Below are positions 1 to 11,200 of a stretch of DNA of 64,000 bases, piece after piece. This DNA is from an uncultured virus (IMG/VR IMGVR_UViG_3300006922_000014). Taxonomy: Duplodnaviria; Heunggongvirae; Uroviricota; Caudoviricetes. How positions within the stretch are numbered: the stretch's first letter is position 1; the number at the start of each line of letters is the position of its first letter. The translations under genes and the position numbers were made by a program. The notes below the pieces were generated by a model. That model saw nothing but the letters and a program-made list of their open reading frames with translations, was not told the DNA's origin and did no database searches. Location of the stretch: the IMG/VR virus record IMGVR_UViG_3300006922_000014; one strand, given 5' to 3'.

Positions 1-1056
1 ACATCAACTTGTGAATCAGTTGAATCATCTGTAATAGATGGTGTGATTCCTTGTCCAACTATATTATTTACAGATATGACAGTATCAGGTGGAAATGCAA
101 ACTTTACAAATTTATTAGGTGTAACAGCACAGTATACCTTAACAATTAGAGAAGCTTCATCAAACAATGTTGTTGGTACATATGTTATTAACAATCCAGG
201 ATCACAAGTTACACAACCAATAGGAGGATTAACTGCAGCAACAACTTATACAGCAGAGCTTCAAATTATAATAAATGGTCAAACAAAAGAGTGTGACAGA
301 GTAGATTTTAATACTGCATCAGCAAGTGCACCTTGTGATGCTGGTATGGATGTAGCATTTATTATAGACTACACAGGAAGCATGGGGGATGAAATAGATT
401 TTATTAAAACTGGGATGTCTGGTATAATTAATACTATAGATACTTCTTCAGGTTCTAACAACTATAGAATAGGTATAATAACTGTTGATGAAATGCCAGG
501 TTCAGATGCGCCAAATTATGGAGCTTGTGCAGACTATACGTCATTACCTGCTACTCAAAAAATTGCTAATACAGGAATTGGGGTAACACAGTATTTAACA
601 GCATGGGAAATGTTCTCAGACAATAATGGAACAACAGCAAATACCCAAGTTCAAAAACTTAATGGTGGTGTTGATGGAGTATGTGTACAATTGGGTGATG
701 GTAATTATTCTCCTGAACCTACAGATATGGCAATTGGTCAAGTATTAACAGGAAATTTCTTAAATGCATTTAGAGCAAATGTAGCAAAATATATTGTTGT
801 AATAACTGATGCTTTACCAGGAGGTGATGATGATGCTTTCACTCCAACTGATTATACATACATTGGTCAATTAACAAATCAAGCTAATAATCAAGGTGTT
901 AAAATAATTGTATTAGGTGATGGTGTGGATGCTACATTTGATAATGGAGGAACAATTGTTTACCCATGGAGAGAGTTAGCAATTAATACTGGCGGATCTT
1001 GGAATGCAAATGAAGATCCTTCAACAATAAACGCAGAGCTTATAGCAAGCTGCTAA
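1..1056 (+). CDS. Virion structural protein, 5'-truncated, with an FN3-like segment and a C-terminal VWA domain
   Basis: Frame 1 is open from base 1 (TSTCESVESSVIDGVIPC...), so the gene starts upstream of the window. It has a VWA MIDAS-type motif (FIIDYTGSMG) and downstream IVVITDA. GLTAATTYTAEL is FN3-like. Confidence 0.7.
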   Translation, partial: TSTCESVESSVIDGVIPCPTILFTDMTVSGGNANFTNLLGVTAQYTLTIREASSNNVVGTYVINNPGSQVTQPIGGLTAATTYTAELQIIINGQTKECDRVDFNTASASAPCDAGMDVAFIIDYTGSMGDEIDFIKTGMSGIINTIDTSSGSNNYRIGIITVDEMPGSDAPNYGACADYTSLPATQKIANTGIGVTQYLTAWEMFSDNNGTTANTQVQKLNGGVDGVCVQLGDGNYSPEPTDMAIGQVLTGNFLNAFRANVAKYIVVITDALPGGDDDAFTPTDYTYIGQLTNQANNQGVKIIVLGDGVDATFDNGGTIVYPWRELAINTGGSWNANEDPSTINAELIASC

Positions 1057-1072
1057 AATAAAATAATAAAAA

Positions 1073-1633
1073 ATGGCATGTAATTGTTCAAATAATAGTA
1101 GTAATTGTGGATGCAATGATGTTGCATTAACTAACCCTTGTTCATACACTGATTGTAGTGTTGGTAGTGAAAGATGTGAAGATATTCAATGTGCTTCATG
1201 TGTAAGTTATTGTGGTACATCTTTTCAAATAGGTGATCCTGGTAGCAAAATAGTTATAACTTCTGGTGAAAGACTTGATTCTATTATACAGAAGTTTTCT
1301 ATGATTTTAGCAAATGGTTTAGGTGCTTGTACATCAGATGATGTTCAACATGATCCATATAATGTATATGCAGGTGTAGTTACTAAAAACTCTGCAGAAG
1401 TTCTGTGGAATGGAGTTTGGAGTAATAGTACTGGTATAAATATTTATATAGATACACAAATTAATCCGCAAGGATGGACATTGGTAAATGCTACACCTAT
1501 TGTACCAACTACAAATAATTTTAAAATAACAAATCTAGTTCCAAATACTCTTTACAAAATTAAAGTTGTAGATGCAGGTTTAGGTTCTAGTTGTATACCT
1601 ATTGAAATTTTAATTTCAACGGGAGCACAATAA
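1073..1633 (+). CDS. Cys-rich structural protein with a C-terminal FN3-like domain
   Basis: There are 10 Cys in the first 47 aa. The C-terminal region has the FN3 signature ITNLVPNTLYKIKV. Confidence 0.55.
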   Translation: MACNCSNNSSNCGCNDVALTNPCSYTDCSVGSERCEDIQCASCVSYCGTSFQIGDPGSKIVITSGERLDSIIQKFSMILANGLGACTSDDVQHDPYNVYAGVVTKNSAEVLWNGVWSNSTGINIYIDTQINPQGWTLVNATPIVPTTNNFKITNLVPNTLYKIKVVDAGLGSSCIPIEILISTGAQ

Positions 1634-1680
1634 AATAACAACAGGTGGTGGTTTGTTGGTTTTCTACTACAAACGTTGGA

Positions 1681-1714
1681 AGAGGCCGGGTTTAACTCCG
1701 GTCTCTTTTTTTTT
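1681..1714 (+). terminator. Intrinsic terminator
   Basis: Stem AGAGGCCGGG/TCCGGTCTCT followed by a T-tract, downstream of the 1073-1633 gene. Confidence 0.8.
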
Positions 1715-1744
1715 CTTATCTTTACAATAATCAAAAAAATTTTT

Positions 1745-2968
1745 ATGGACAATTTAAAACAGAGAGTATTAGAATCATTAAAATGGAAAAAGCATCCTTC
1801 TATTAGTAGTGCAAGACTTGGTATAACTGAGAAACAATACAGAAAGATCAAAAAAGAATTGTTAACTGAGAGGAAGAATAAAAAAAAGAAATCAATATTT
1901 TTTAGCAAAGCAGTAGAAAATGCTCAGGTTGTAGAAGCAATTGATTTAGAAAAAGGAGAAGGTAAGATATCAGGAACTTTTGATCATGAACCTAAAAGTG
2001 CAGAAGAAATAATTGAGTTACTAAAAATAGATACTGATAGGTGGAAGCTATCTCAGTATTGGAATAAACAAATGGGTGATCACTGGAGAGTGTCAGCATT
2101 AGTATCTCAGATTAAAAATCCAGAAGAAAAGCTTTTTAAAGAGTTATTAGAAAACTGGAAACCCAAGACTTATAAATTACCTAAAGTTAATCTAAAGAAT
2201 ATTGTCTCAAATGATCCTGTGTGTGGTGTAATATCATTACAAGATATTCATTTTGGAAAAGAAGGTAATGATACTATAGATAAAGATTTTGAAGATACAG
2301 TTACCTACCTAATACAAAAGGCAGCTCCAGTTAATTATATAGAGAGAATGTATTTTGTTGTAGGAGGTGATTTAATAAACATGGATACATTTGATGGTAC
2401 TACCACTAGTGGAACAGGATTAGACAACTGTATGCCTGCTACAGAGGCTTATATGCAAGCGTTTGATGCAATGCATTGGGCTATAAATTATATTAAAGCA
2501 TATTGTAAAGAATTAGTTGTTGTATATGTTCCGGGTAATCATGATAGATTATCTTCTTTTCATTTAGTTCATGCTTTATCTAAATCTATTATTAGTGATG
2601 AGATAGTTTGGGATACCAAATATGAAGAAAGAAAAGTTCATGTATGGCATAATAACTTTAATGCTTTTGAGCATGGTGATAAACGCAGCAAGAATAATCC
2701 ACTGATATATGCATCAGAGTATCCAAAAGAATGGGGTGCTACAACAAACAGAACATTATTCAAAGGTCATATACATACAGATAAAAAAGTAGAATATATG
2801 ACATCTAATGAAACAGCTGGTTTTATAGAAAAGACACTTCCAAGTTTAGGAAAGACAGATTACTACCACTATAGTAACAAGTATGTGGGTAATAGAAGAT
2901 CTGGTAAATTAGAAATTCAACACCCAACAATGGGAAATATATGCGTATTAACTTACCAAGCAATATAA
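1745..2968 (+). CDS. Calcineurin-like metallophosphoesterase with a possible N-terminal HTH
   Basis: All five motifs are present: DIHFG, GDLIN, GNHD, HGD, GHIH. The start was moved to ATG 1745 (MDNLK) because the ORF-track start at 1676 reads through the terminator. Confidence 0.85.
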   Translation: MDNLKQRVLESLKWKKHPSISSARLGITEKQYRKIKKELLTERKNKKKKSIFFSKAVENAQVVEAIDLEKGEGKISGTFDHEPKSAEEIIELLKIDTDRWKLSQYWNKQMGDHWRVSALVSQIKNPEEKLFKELLENWKPKTYKLPKVNLKNIVSNDPVCGVISLQDIHFGKEGNDTIDKDFEDTVTYLIQKAAPVNYIERMYFVVGGDLINMDTFDGTTTSGTGLDNCMPATEAYMQAFDAMHWAINYIKAYCKELVVVYVPGNHDRLSSFHLVHALSKSIISDEIVWDTKYEERKVHVWHNNFNAFEHGDKRSKNNPLIYASEYPKEWGATTNRTLFKGHIHTDKKVEYMTSNETAGFIEKTLPSLGKTDYYHYSNKYVGNRRSGKLEIQHPTMGNICVLTYQAI

Positions 2969-2969
2969 A

Positions 2970-3006
2970 GACCTCACTTTAAATTTCATTAAGTGGGGTT
3001 TTTTTT
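2970..3006 (+). terminator. Intrinsic terminator
   Basis: Imperfect stem ACCTCACTTTAA/TTAAGTGGGGT followed by a T-tract, immediately after the phosphoesterase stop. Confidence 0.7.
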
Positions 3007-3022
3007 GTAAATTATAAATGTA
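3004..3022 (+). promoter_or_regulatory. Candidate late promoter motif (TTTGTAAATTA variant)
   Basis: Variant of a motif that recurs upstream of structural operons; lies just before ATG 3029. Confidence 0.45.
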
Positions 3023-3028
3023 GACTGT

Positions 3029-3595
3029 ATGATTAATAATTTTAAAAAACCTGATTTGAATGCTCCAAGATACAGACAAAAAAGATTGGGGTTATTAAAT
3101 GAAGAAACATATAGAGAATTCAAAGAGAAAAAACCTTTGTATTCTAAAATAGATAATAAGAAGCTAAAAAAAATAATTAAAACATATAATGAAAATTTAT
3201 GGCATGCTGTAATAGATAATAGAGATGGTGTTGAATTACCTGATTCATTAGGATTTATGTTTATTGGAACATGCCCTAACTCTAAATCAGTTAATACAAA
3301 TTATGCATTATCTAATCAGTATGGTAAAGTTTTACAAAACAAGAACTGGGAAACAGATGGTAATTTAGGAAAAATATTTTATACAAACTGGTCAACAAAG
3401 TACAGATTTAAAAACAGAGAACTTTGGAGATTTAAAGCGTGTAGAAATTTTAAAAGAACAGTTGCCAAAGACTACCCAAAAAATTGGACAAAGTATGTTA
3501 TAATGAAAAATAAGTATAGGGTAGCTCATCTTTATGATAAGACACCTGACAAAACTAATGAAGCTCTTAAAGATTATAATGAATTTGAAATATAA
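3029..3595 (+). CDS. Putative IHF/HU-like DNA-binding protein of the crAss-like tail module
   Basis: Basic protein with a helix followed by GVELPDSLGFMFI, resembling the HU/IHF V-x-L-x-x-x-G-x-F strand. It sits directly before the ring genes, as in crAss-like phages. Confidence 0.45.
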   Translation: MINNFKKPDLNAPRYRQKRLGLLNEETYREFKEKKPLYSKIDNKKLKKIIKTYNENLWHAVIDNRDGVELPDSLGFMFIGTCPNSKSVNTNYALSNQYGKVLQNKNWETDGNLGKIFYTNWSTKYRFKNRELWRFKACRNFKRTVAKDYPKNWTKYVIMKNKYRVAHLYDKTPDKTNEALKDYNEFEI

Positions 3596-3600
3596 AAACT

Positions 3601-4275
3601 ATGTCAACAATAGCAGAAGTAGTATCAAGAGTAAGGGGTCAAGTCAAAGCAGAAGTACAAGACGCATTTATTACAGATAGATATATTTATAGTTTGATAG
3701 AAAAGTTTGCTCAGATATTAATGAGAAGACAAGATTATGCAAACAAATTAATGAAGTTTAATTCAGTGTGGAAAGCTTTACCATATGTAGAATTAATAGA
3801 AGTAGATAAAGTAGAGGCTGGTTGTTCTGGAATAACAAGTGGTTGTACAATAAAAAGAACAAAGCATAGATTACCTAGTATGATAGAAGGATACTGGGGT
3901 CCTTTAATCCGTACAGTAAGTTCTATTGACGGATCTCAAGAGTTACAAGCAACACAGCCGGGTACATATACTTCAATGACTAAAACAACCACATTTAAAT
4001 ATAATAAAACATTATATTTTTGGTGGTTAGATGGGTATATATATTCTCCCAGTATTGAATGGGACGCATTAAAACTAGAAGGAGTATTTAATTCAGACAT
4101 TACAAGATGGAATTGTGATTTAGAAGATGACTGTACACCTAGATATGAACAACCAATATACATTCCAGAAGCGCTTTTTGCAGAGATAGAAGGTCAAGTT
4201 ATTCAGACAATGATTGGATCAATGCAGATACCTTCAGAAGATTCAGATAATAAACGTAATATACATAGACAATAA
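3601..4275 (+). CDS. Tail ring/adaptor protein (crAss-like tail tubular protein)
   Basis: Size (224 aa), position before the muzzle gene, and ring-protein-like termini (MSTIAEVVSRVR...YIPEAL...SEDSDN). Confidence 0.6.
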   Translation: MSTIAEVVSRVRGQVKAEVQDAFITDRYIYSLIEKFAQILMRRQDYANKLMKFNSVWKALPYVELIEVDKVEAGCSGITSGCTIKRTKHRLPSMIEGYWGPLIRTVSSIDGSQELQATQPGTYTSMTKTTTFKYNKTLYFWWLDGYIYSPSIEWDALKLEGVFNSDITRWNCDLEDDCTPRYEQPIYIPEALFAEIEGQVIQTMIGSMQIPSEDSDNKRNIHRQ

Positions 4276-5228
4276 TGGGCGTATCAAATAAATACAGAAC
4301 GTTTAGTCAATTAATGGAGGATGTATCCATTGACTTTTCTAATTATGCATTAGAAGGGATGATTGAACCACAACAATTAATTAAGGTTGCAACTAGAGTA
4401 AACTATGATTTAGGTTTAAGAATACATAGAACAAAAGAAGTTGTTTTAGATATAGAGCATGGTAAAGCTCAATTGCCATCTGATTTTGCATTTATAAATT
4501 ATGCATTTAGATGTGGGTCTTATGTAATTAATAATAGCATGCCTTCAGGTACCCATGTTGAAACATTTAATGATGTACCTTACGTTCCTGCACCAACTGA
4601 TGCAGCACCTTGCGAGGATGGTCAAACATGTAAAGATGTATGTGTTGTTAAAACATGCAATGACAAAAATGAGTATCAACTTGTTCAACGGGTAGGTCCA
4701 TCACAATACAGACAGTTTAGTAGTTGGACTCAGCTTAGAATACAAAATGTAAACGATCCAACATGTTTTTGTCCTGCATTAGGAGCACAAGCTTTAGATG
4801 TTGCTGAGATAAAAGATGGTTATATGATAACTACATTTAAAACAGGAAAGGTTTATATAAGTTATCAAGGAGCAATGGAAGACGCTAATGGAGATTTACT
4901 TGTTCTAGATCATCCTTACTGTAATGAGTATTATGAGTATGCAGTAAAACAAAGGATTTTAGAAAATATGCTATGGCAAGGAGAAAATGTTTCACAACAA
5001 ATAGGTTTTGTTGAAGGTAAACTTAGAGCAGCAAGAAATAATGCACTTGGTTTTGTTAACACTCCAGACTTTGCTGAGATGAGAAAAGTATGGACAATGA
5101 ATAGAAGAGCTCAATATCATAATTATTATAATATGTTTTTAAGTTATGCTCCTGCAAATCCTCAAGTATCTGGACCAGCAGTAATAAACAGTAACGGTAC
5201 GTCTGCTACTACAACTGGATATAATTAA
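4275..5228 (+). CDS. Second tail ring protein
   Basis: Translationally coupled to the previous gene (TAATG). Contains AQLPSDF and GKVYISYQG...DGDLLV-type segments typical of adaptor/ring proteins. Confidence 0.55.
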   Translation: MGVSNKYRTFSQLMEDVSIDFSNYALEGMIEPQQLIKVATRVNYDLGLRIHRTKEVVLDIEHGKAQLPSDFAFINYAFRCGSYVINNSMPSGTHVETFNDVPYVPAPTDAAPCEDGQTCKDVCVVKTCNDKNEYQLVQRVGPSQYRQFSSWTQLRIQNVNDPTCFCPALGAQALDVAEIKDGYMITTFKTGKVYISYQGAMEDANGDLLVLDHPYCNEYYEYAVKQRILENMLWQGENVSQQIGFVEGKLRAARNNALGFVNTPDFAEMRKVWTMNRRAQYHNYYNMFLSYAPANPQVSGPAVINSNGTSATTTGYN

Positions 5229-5248
5229 TAAAATATATTTAACTAGTT

Positions 5249-8200
5249 ATGGCAAAGAAGAAGTCTACATCAAAAGCTAAAGCAACACAAGCATCATCTA
5301 AAAGTAGTTCTAGTGTAAATACTAACATGTTTACCAAAGGAATGAATAAAGATGTAACACCGTCTTTTGAAAAAAATGATACTTGGTACCATGCTGTTAA
5401 CGCAGCAAATAATAGTTCAGATGGTGACCTGGGTATTATTGGTAATGAGCCAGCTAATTTACAATGTGGTGTTATACCTTACACTATTATAGGAGCTATA
5501 CATAGATATGGTGATGAGTGGATTGTATATTCTACTGATAATATTAGTTCAGAGATAGGAAGATTTGATGATAGTGAATGTAAGTATGAGACAATAGTTA
5601 ATGATCCATGTTTAAATTTTAATAAAAAGTTTTTAATTAGCGGTGCAGCAAAAGAAAATTTTGACTGTTCTTGGCAAGTGTATTGGGATGATGGTAACAA
5701 TCCATCACGCTCAATGAACATAGATGATGTACCATACATACAAGATATAGTATCAGCTCCAGGTGATCCATGTATTATTTATGAGGATACTTCTTTTTTA
5801 GATTGTGAAAAAATAAGATTACATCCTCTAGTAGATACACCTTGTCTTAAACTTACTAAGGCAACAGATGGAGGTACTATTATAAATGGAGCTTATCAAG
5901 CTTATATAGCTTATACTGAGAATGATCAGGTTATATCAGACTACATAGGAATATCAAACATCCAAACCATATGGTCACATAGAGGTACGAATGGATCACT
6001 TGATATAGAAATTGATGGTTTAGATAAAGATTACTTTTATTTTGATTTAGTATTACTAATAAGACAGCAAGGACAAATATTTACAAAACTTATAGGTAAC
6101 TATAGTACTGAATCAAAACATATAAATATAGACTATATAGATGATTCACTTATATCTATACCAATACAAGAAATATTTAGACAGTCACCCGCATATGAAA
6201 AATCAGAGGCAATGTACGTTGTCAATGATTATCTTATAAGACAAGGACCAACTGAACAATTTGATTTTAATTATCAACCTCTTGCAAATAATATAAAAAC
6301 TAATTGGGTTATCAATGAGGTAAGTAATGATTATTATATAAACTCAGGTAATAAATTAGGATACATGCGAGATGAGCAGTATGCATTTTTTATTAGATGG
6401 ATATATAACACAGGTGAAAGGTCTTCTTCATATCACATACCAGGTAGAGCATCTAAGGATTATACTTTACCTAATGGGGTAGTTGAAAATGAAAGAACTA
6501 TAATATCTGGTCCCAATACATTAGATCCTGCAGGTGATCCTTTATTTAAAGTTTATAATACAAGTTCTGTAGGTGCTTTAGTTAATGAGGCACAAGATGA
6601 TGGATCAAGAATAATAGCTAGAGGTGATATGGCTTATTGGGAATCTACAGAAAAGTATCCTGATAAACAACCTGAAATATGGAACTCAAGCTCACATACT
6701 TGGTCAAATGAATTTGATCCGGGTGCAGACTTATGTGGTGAATTTATCAGACATCATAAAATGCCTAATGAAATGGTTAATCCTGTATTAGGTTTAACAG
6801 ATGGTACGGATACAGGTATATACATATTAGGCGTAGAATTTTCAAATATAAAAAGACCTGTATATAATGATGGTAGTCCTATTACAAATATAGTAGGTTA
6901 TGAATTACTTAGAGGGTCTAGATTAGGTAATAGAACTATACTTGCTAAAGGTATGTTTAAAAACATGCGTGAGTATGATTTACCAGATAGTGAAAATTTA
7001 ATTGGTGATGCTCAAGGTCTATATCCTAATTATCCTTTTAATGATTTAAGGCCTGATGTGTTTCACACAACAGTTAGAAAAACAACAGGTTGTGACAATG
7101 GAGGTCCATTTTCTGGTTCTGCAATTAGTGATTTTCCACCTCTATCTGGTTTTAGAGAAGATGTTTTTACATTTCATTCACCAGATTTAATGTTTACTAA
7201 ACCATATTTAAATGCATATGAAACAGTATTCTATGGTAAGATAACTGGAGAATCATCGGGTTACTTTAAACCATCAGAGAAGCATCCTCAGTTTAAATTA
7301 CTAAGAAACATTAGTGCTATAATTAGTGCATTAATAGGTGTAGGTTATGCTTTAAGAAATATCAATGGTACACCAGATACTAAAGCATTGCCAGTTCAAG
7401 GTATTAACACTGCTTATCCTGAATGGAGAATTGACGAAAGAGGTGGAGGTGGTGGAAATTGGAATGACTTTGCTTCATCCGTAACTCCAGGAGGTGTTGC
7501 AACTGCTAGTACATCAGGTAATATTAGTAGTCACACTGGTGGTGATGGTAATAATAATTATAAAGGAGCTGGTGCACAGACTGATGCAAACGATGCTATT
7601 AATACATATGTATCTAGTCAAGGTGGTGGAGGTATTGGAGGCTGGTTAGGTGGCCTTTTAGATTTGTTTACTGGTGGCATTCAAGATGTTCAAGATTTAA
7701 CAGGATTTGGAGATAGTACAAAAGAAAGACTAAATCAGTTGGCTATAGATAACATGTCAGATACAGGTTCTACTGCTAATGGTGGTCTTATGGGTGGTGG
7801 CTCTCAAGAAGGAGTGACATTAGATACCTCAGAATCAAACTTAGGTAAATTATTTAAAAGAGCTTTTGGTTTTGCATTACTCCAAAAAAATATTGCAGTT
7901 GGCGGTCAAGAAATAATAGATTTATTATATAACCTAAATTCTTTTCAGGAACATGTTTTAAAATATAATGCATATGGGTTCTATAATGATTTTGATGCCC
8001 ATCCTTTAAACATAACATTTAGAACATTAAATGAAGCAGCTAATTATATAGGTTCTTCATTCCAAACATTTGATCAAAATAAATATAAAATAAATAATTT
8101 ATTTAGACCTACTACTGTAGCAATTTCAACTAAAGATAATATATCTTCAAACTATGGTGTAGAAGATAAATCTAGATTTGCTTTAGGTGGATTCTTTAAT

Positions 8201-11200
8201 AGTAATGGTACTGCGTCAACACCAAATTGGCAAAGTAATTTAAAAAATCCAGAAGGTCCATATAAAAAACCTATATCTGCATTGTATGGTGCATTAAAGT
8301 TTAACATGGATAATCAGTATGGTCAACTTGATGGTATAAAACAAATACAGCAAAGAGGTTGTGTAGAAAAAGTAGATCAATCAGATCCAGCTAATTTAAA
8401 ATATACAAGTAAAGCTTTATTTAGTGGTGATGTATTTATTTCTCACTACACTGAAAAATCTATTATGCCAATTTTTACTGACTTTTTAATTGGTCAGTAT
8501 GATGGATATCCATATGATTATTACTTAAGATACAATGTACCTTTTCCAAGATTTTGGCTTAACAGTAGAAAGTTTGATATGGCCGGTATGGCCACTACAA
8601 TAAGTTCTTTTGGATTCAATGAACTGTTTGGTGGTAATGATATTGATGAGACTTTACCAAATGAATTATATTACTTAGATAGAGGTGATACTTGTGGATG
8701 GAACTTACTATCACTTTTTACTTCTGATGGTTTGAATAGTGCGTTTGCTATGAACCGTGCATACATGTATAGTCACATAAATGGGGTAAATGATTTTTAT
8801 GTTGAAACAGAAATTAACTTACCGTATAGAGATTGGGAAGAACCAAAAGAAAGAAGATTTTATGACAAGTATGATTACAATGATTTAGATGATTTGTTTC
8901 ATGCTGAAATAGAAAAATTTGATAACTTTTATAAGTATGACGAGTCTCTAAGTCCATCTAAATTTATCAGTCAAAACAGTACGTTTGCAGAGCTACAAAC
9001 AAAAGACTATGACCCATACGTTGCAGAAAATTGTTATGTCAATTATCCTAAGAGATTAATATATTCCTTACGTGCTGAAGAAGAAGATAGAAGAGATTAC
9101 TGGAGGCAGTATCTATTTGCTAATTACAAGGACTTTAAAAATAAAGTATCTGTCATAAAACCTTTTAGTAAGACGGGAGCATTAATGTTTTTCCCTTATC
9201 AATCACCACAATTATTTCAGGGTGTTGATACTTTAAAAACAGATGCTGGTACTAAAATAACAATAGGTGATGGTGGATTGTTTAGTCAGCCTTTACAGAA
9301 TATAGTAAATAGTGATTTATCAAATGAGTATGGATCACTAGAAAATCAACGTGGTGTTATAAACACAGCAGCAGGTTTATTTTTTATATCCCAAGCTCAA
9401 GGTAAAATATTCCAATATACTCCAGGCAAAGGCTTAATTGCTATATCAAACCAGGGAATGAAATGGTGGTTTAATAAATATTTACCTTCTAAATTTTTAA
9501 AACAATTCCCAGAAGCAGAGGAAACAAAATGGATAGACAATCCAGTAGTTGGAGTTGGTTGTCAAGTCATGTATGATCCAAATGATGATATAGTCTACTT
9601 TATGAAAAAAGACTATTCAATGAAATCTCAGTATGCAATAAGAGCAACTCTTACAGATAGATTGACTGCACCAATTGATATTACTCTTGGTGGTAATGTA
9701 GTTGCTGTTGAGATAGGAGATCCTATATATTTTGATGATTGTTCTTGGACCATAAGCTATGATCCAAAAGCAAAAGCATGGATTTCATTTCATGATTGGC
9801 ATCCTGAATTTGCATTGCCAAGTATAAATCATTTCTTTACAACAAAGACTATTGAGACAGATATACCACAATGCCCTCCAGGTTATACTTTTAATTCAAC
9901 AACTGGGTTATGTGAAGATATTATAAATATAACTGAGCCACGTGAAGTAACAGTAGATGATATACCTGCAACTGTTACAGGTGGTCCACAAAATTGTTTA
10001 TTAGATATTGTAATTGCTATAGATGCATCTGGTAGTACAGGTAATCCAGGCCCTGGTCAAAATACTTTAGCAGATGCAGAATTAACATGGTTGGTAGCTT
10101 TTATAAATGATCCTGCTATACAAGCAGCATTAACTGCAAATACTATGCAGATAGGATTTTTAGCTTGGGCAACTAATTCAGCTCAAGGAAATCCAACTGG
10201 GACAGGACAGTCTATGTTAGGAGCTGTTACTGGAGCTCAAGCAAGAACTTGGTTTCAAAATAACTGGTCAGGTCAAAATGGTATAGGTGGTCAAACTAAT
10301 GCACAACTTGCAAGAACTAATGGGTTAGCACAGCTTAATAATAAAGCAGGATCAGCTTACTCCGCTGCCTATCCAGCAAGAAGTGCTGATCCTTTCTTTA
10401 GACAAATTTTAATTGTAGTAACAGATGGTAATGCAATTACTTCAGGTAACAATACATTAACTCCACAAAGTTTTAATTCTTTACAAAGTCCAAATGTTAT
10501 ACCTGGAGCAGGTGGTCCAGTTAATCAAGAATTAATGTCTGTATTTGTAGGTCCAAATGCAAATGGTCCAAATAATTCAACCATTATTGATCAAATAACA
10601 GTTGGTGCTGGTGCGGGTCCAGCTAATGCATATTATAATGCAGGTCCTCCAATAACACCTGGGCCAAATCAATTTATAATGAATGCAAGTGTTCCAGCAT
10701 CATTGCAGGCTACAGCACAACAAATAGCAGCTCAAGTTTGTACTATTCCATTTACTTGTGATTGTCCAGCAGGGTATACTTTAGTATATCCAAATGCTAC
10801 TAACGGATTTTATACAGATCCTACAGGAACATGTGATGATGTAAATCCACCTATTTGTAGACAGGTTGAATGTCCTGACTGTCCACCAGGTCCAACAAAT
10901 ACAACAACAACTACATTAGGAAGTTGCCCAGATACATTCCCTGAATTAGGTCTTATAGGAGACCCTAACTGGGTAGACCCTACACCTCCATTGTGTAATT
11001 ATTATTATGCAGACTTTGTGCAAGCTAATTACCAAGTTGGTTCATTCTGGAGACATAATGTAAGGTGTGATTTATTTGCCAATTACTATGGTGAAAGTTT
11101 CCCGTGGGAAATAGAATTAATATCAAATACAGGTCAGACAGTAAATACTATTAGAAGTATAGAATATCAACTAGAAACATTTGTTTATAAAGGAGAACCA

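Noticed and set aside
1676..1744. N-terminal hydrophobic extension of the phosphoesterase that looks like a signal or TM segment
   Set aside because: It is the translation of the terminator hairpin and T-tract; ATG 1745 is the better start.
1552..1908. 118-aa minus-strand ORF and the many other short antisense ORFs in the track
   Set aside because: They are shadows of long genes on the opposite strand and show no motifs or plausible starts.
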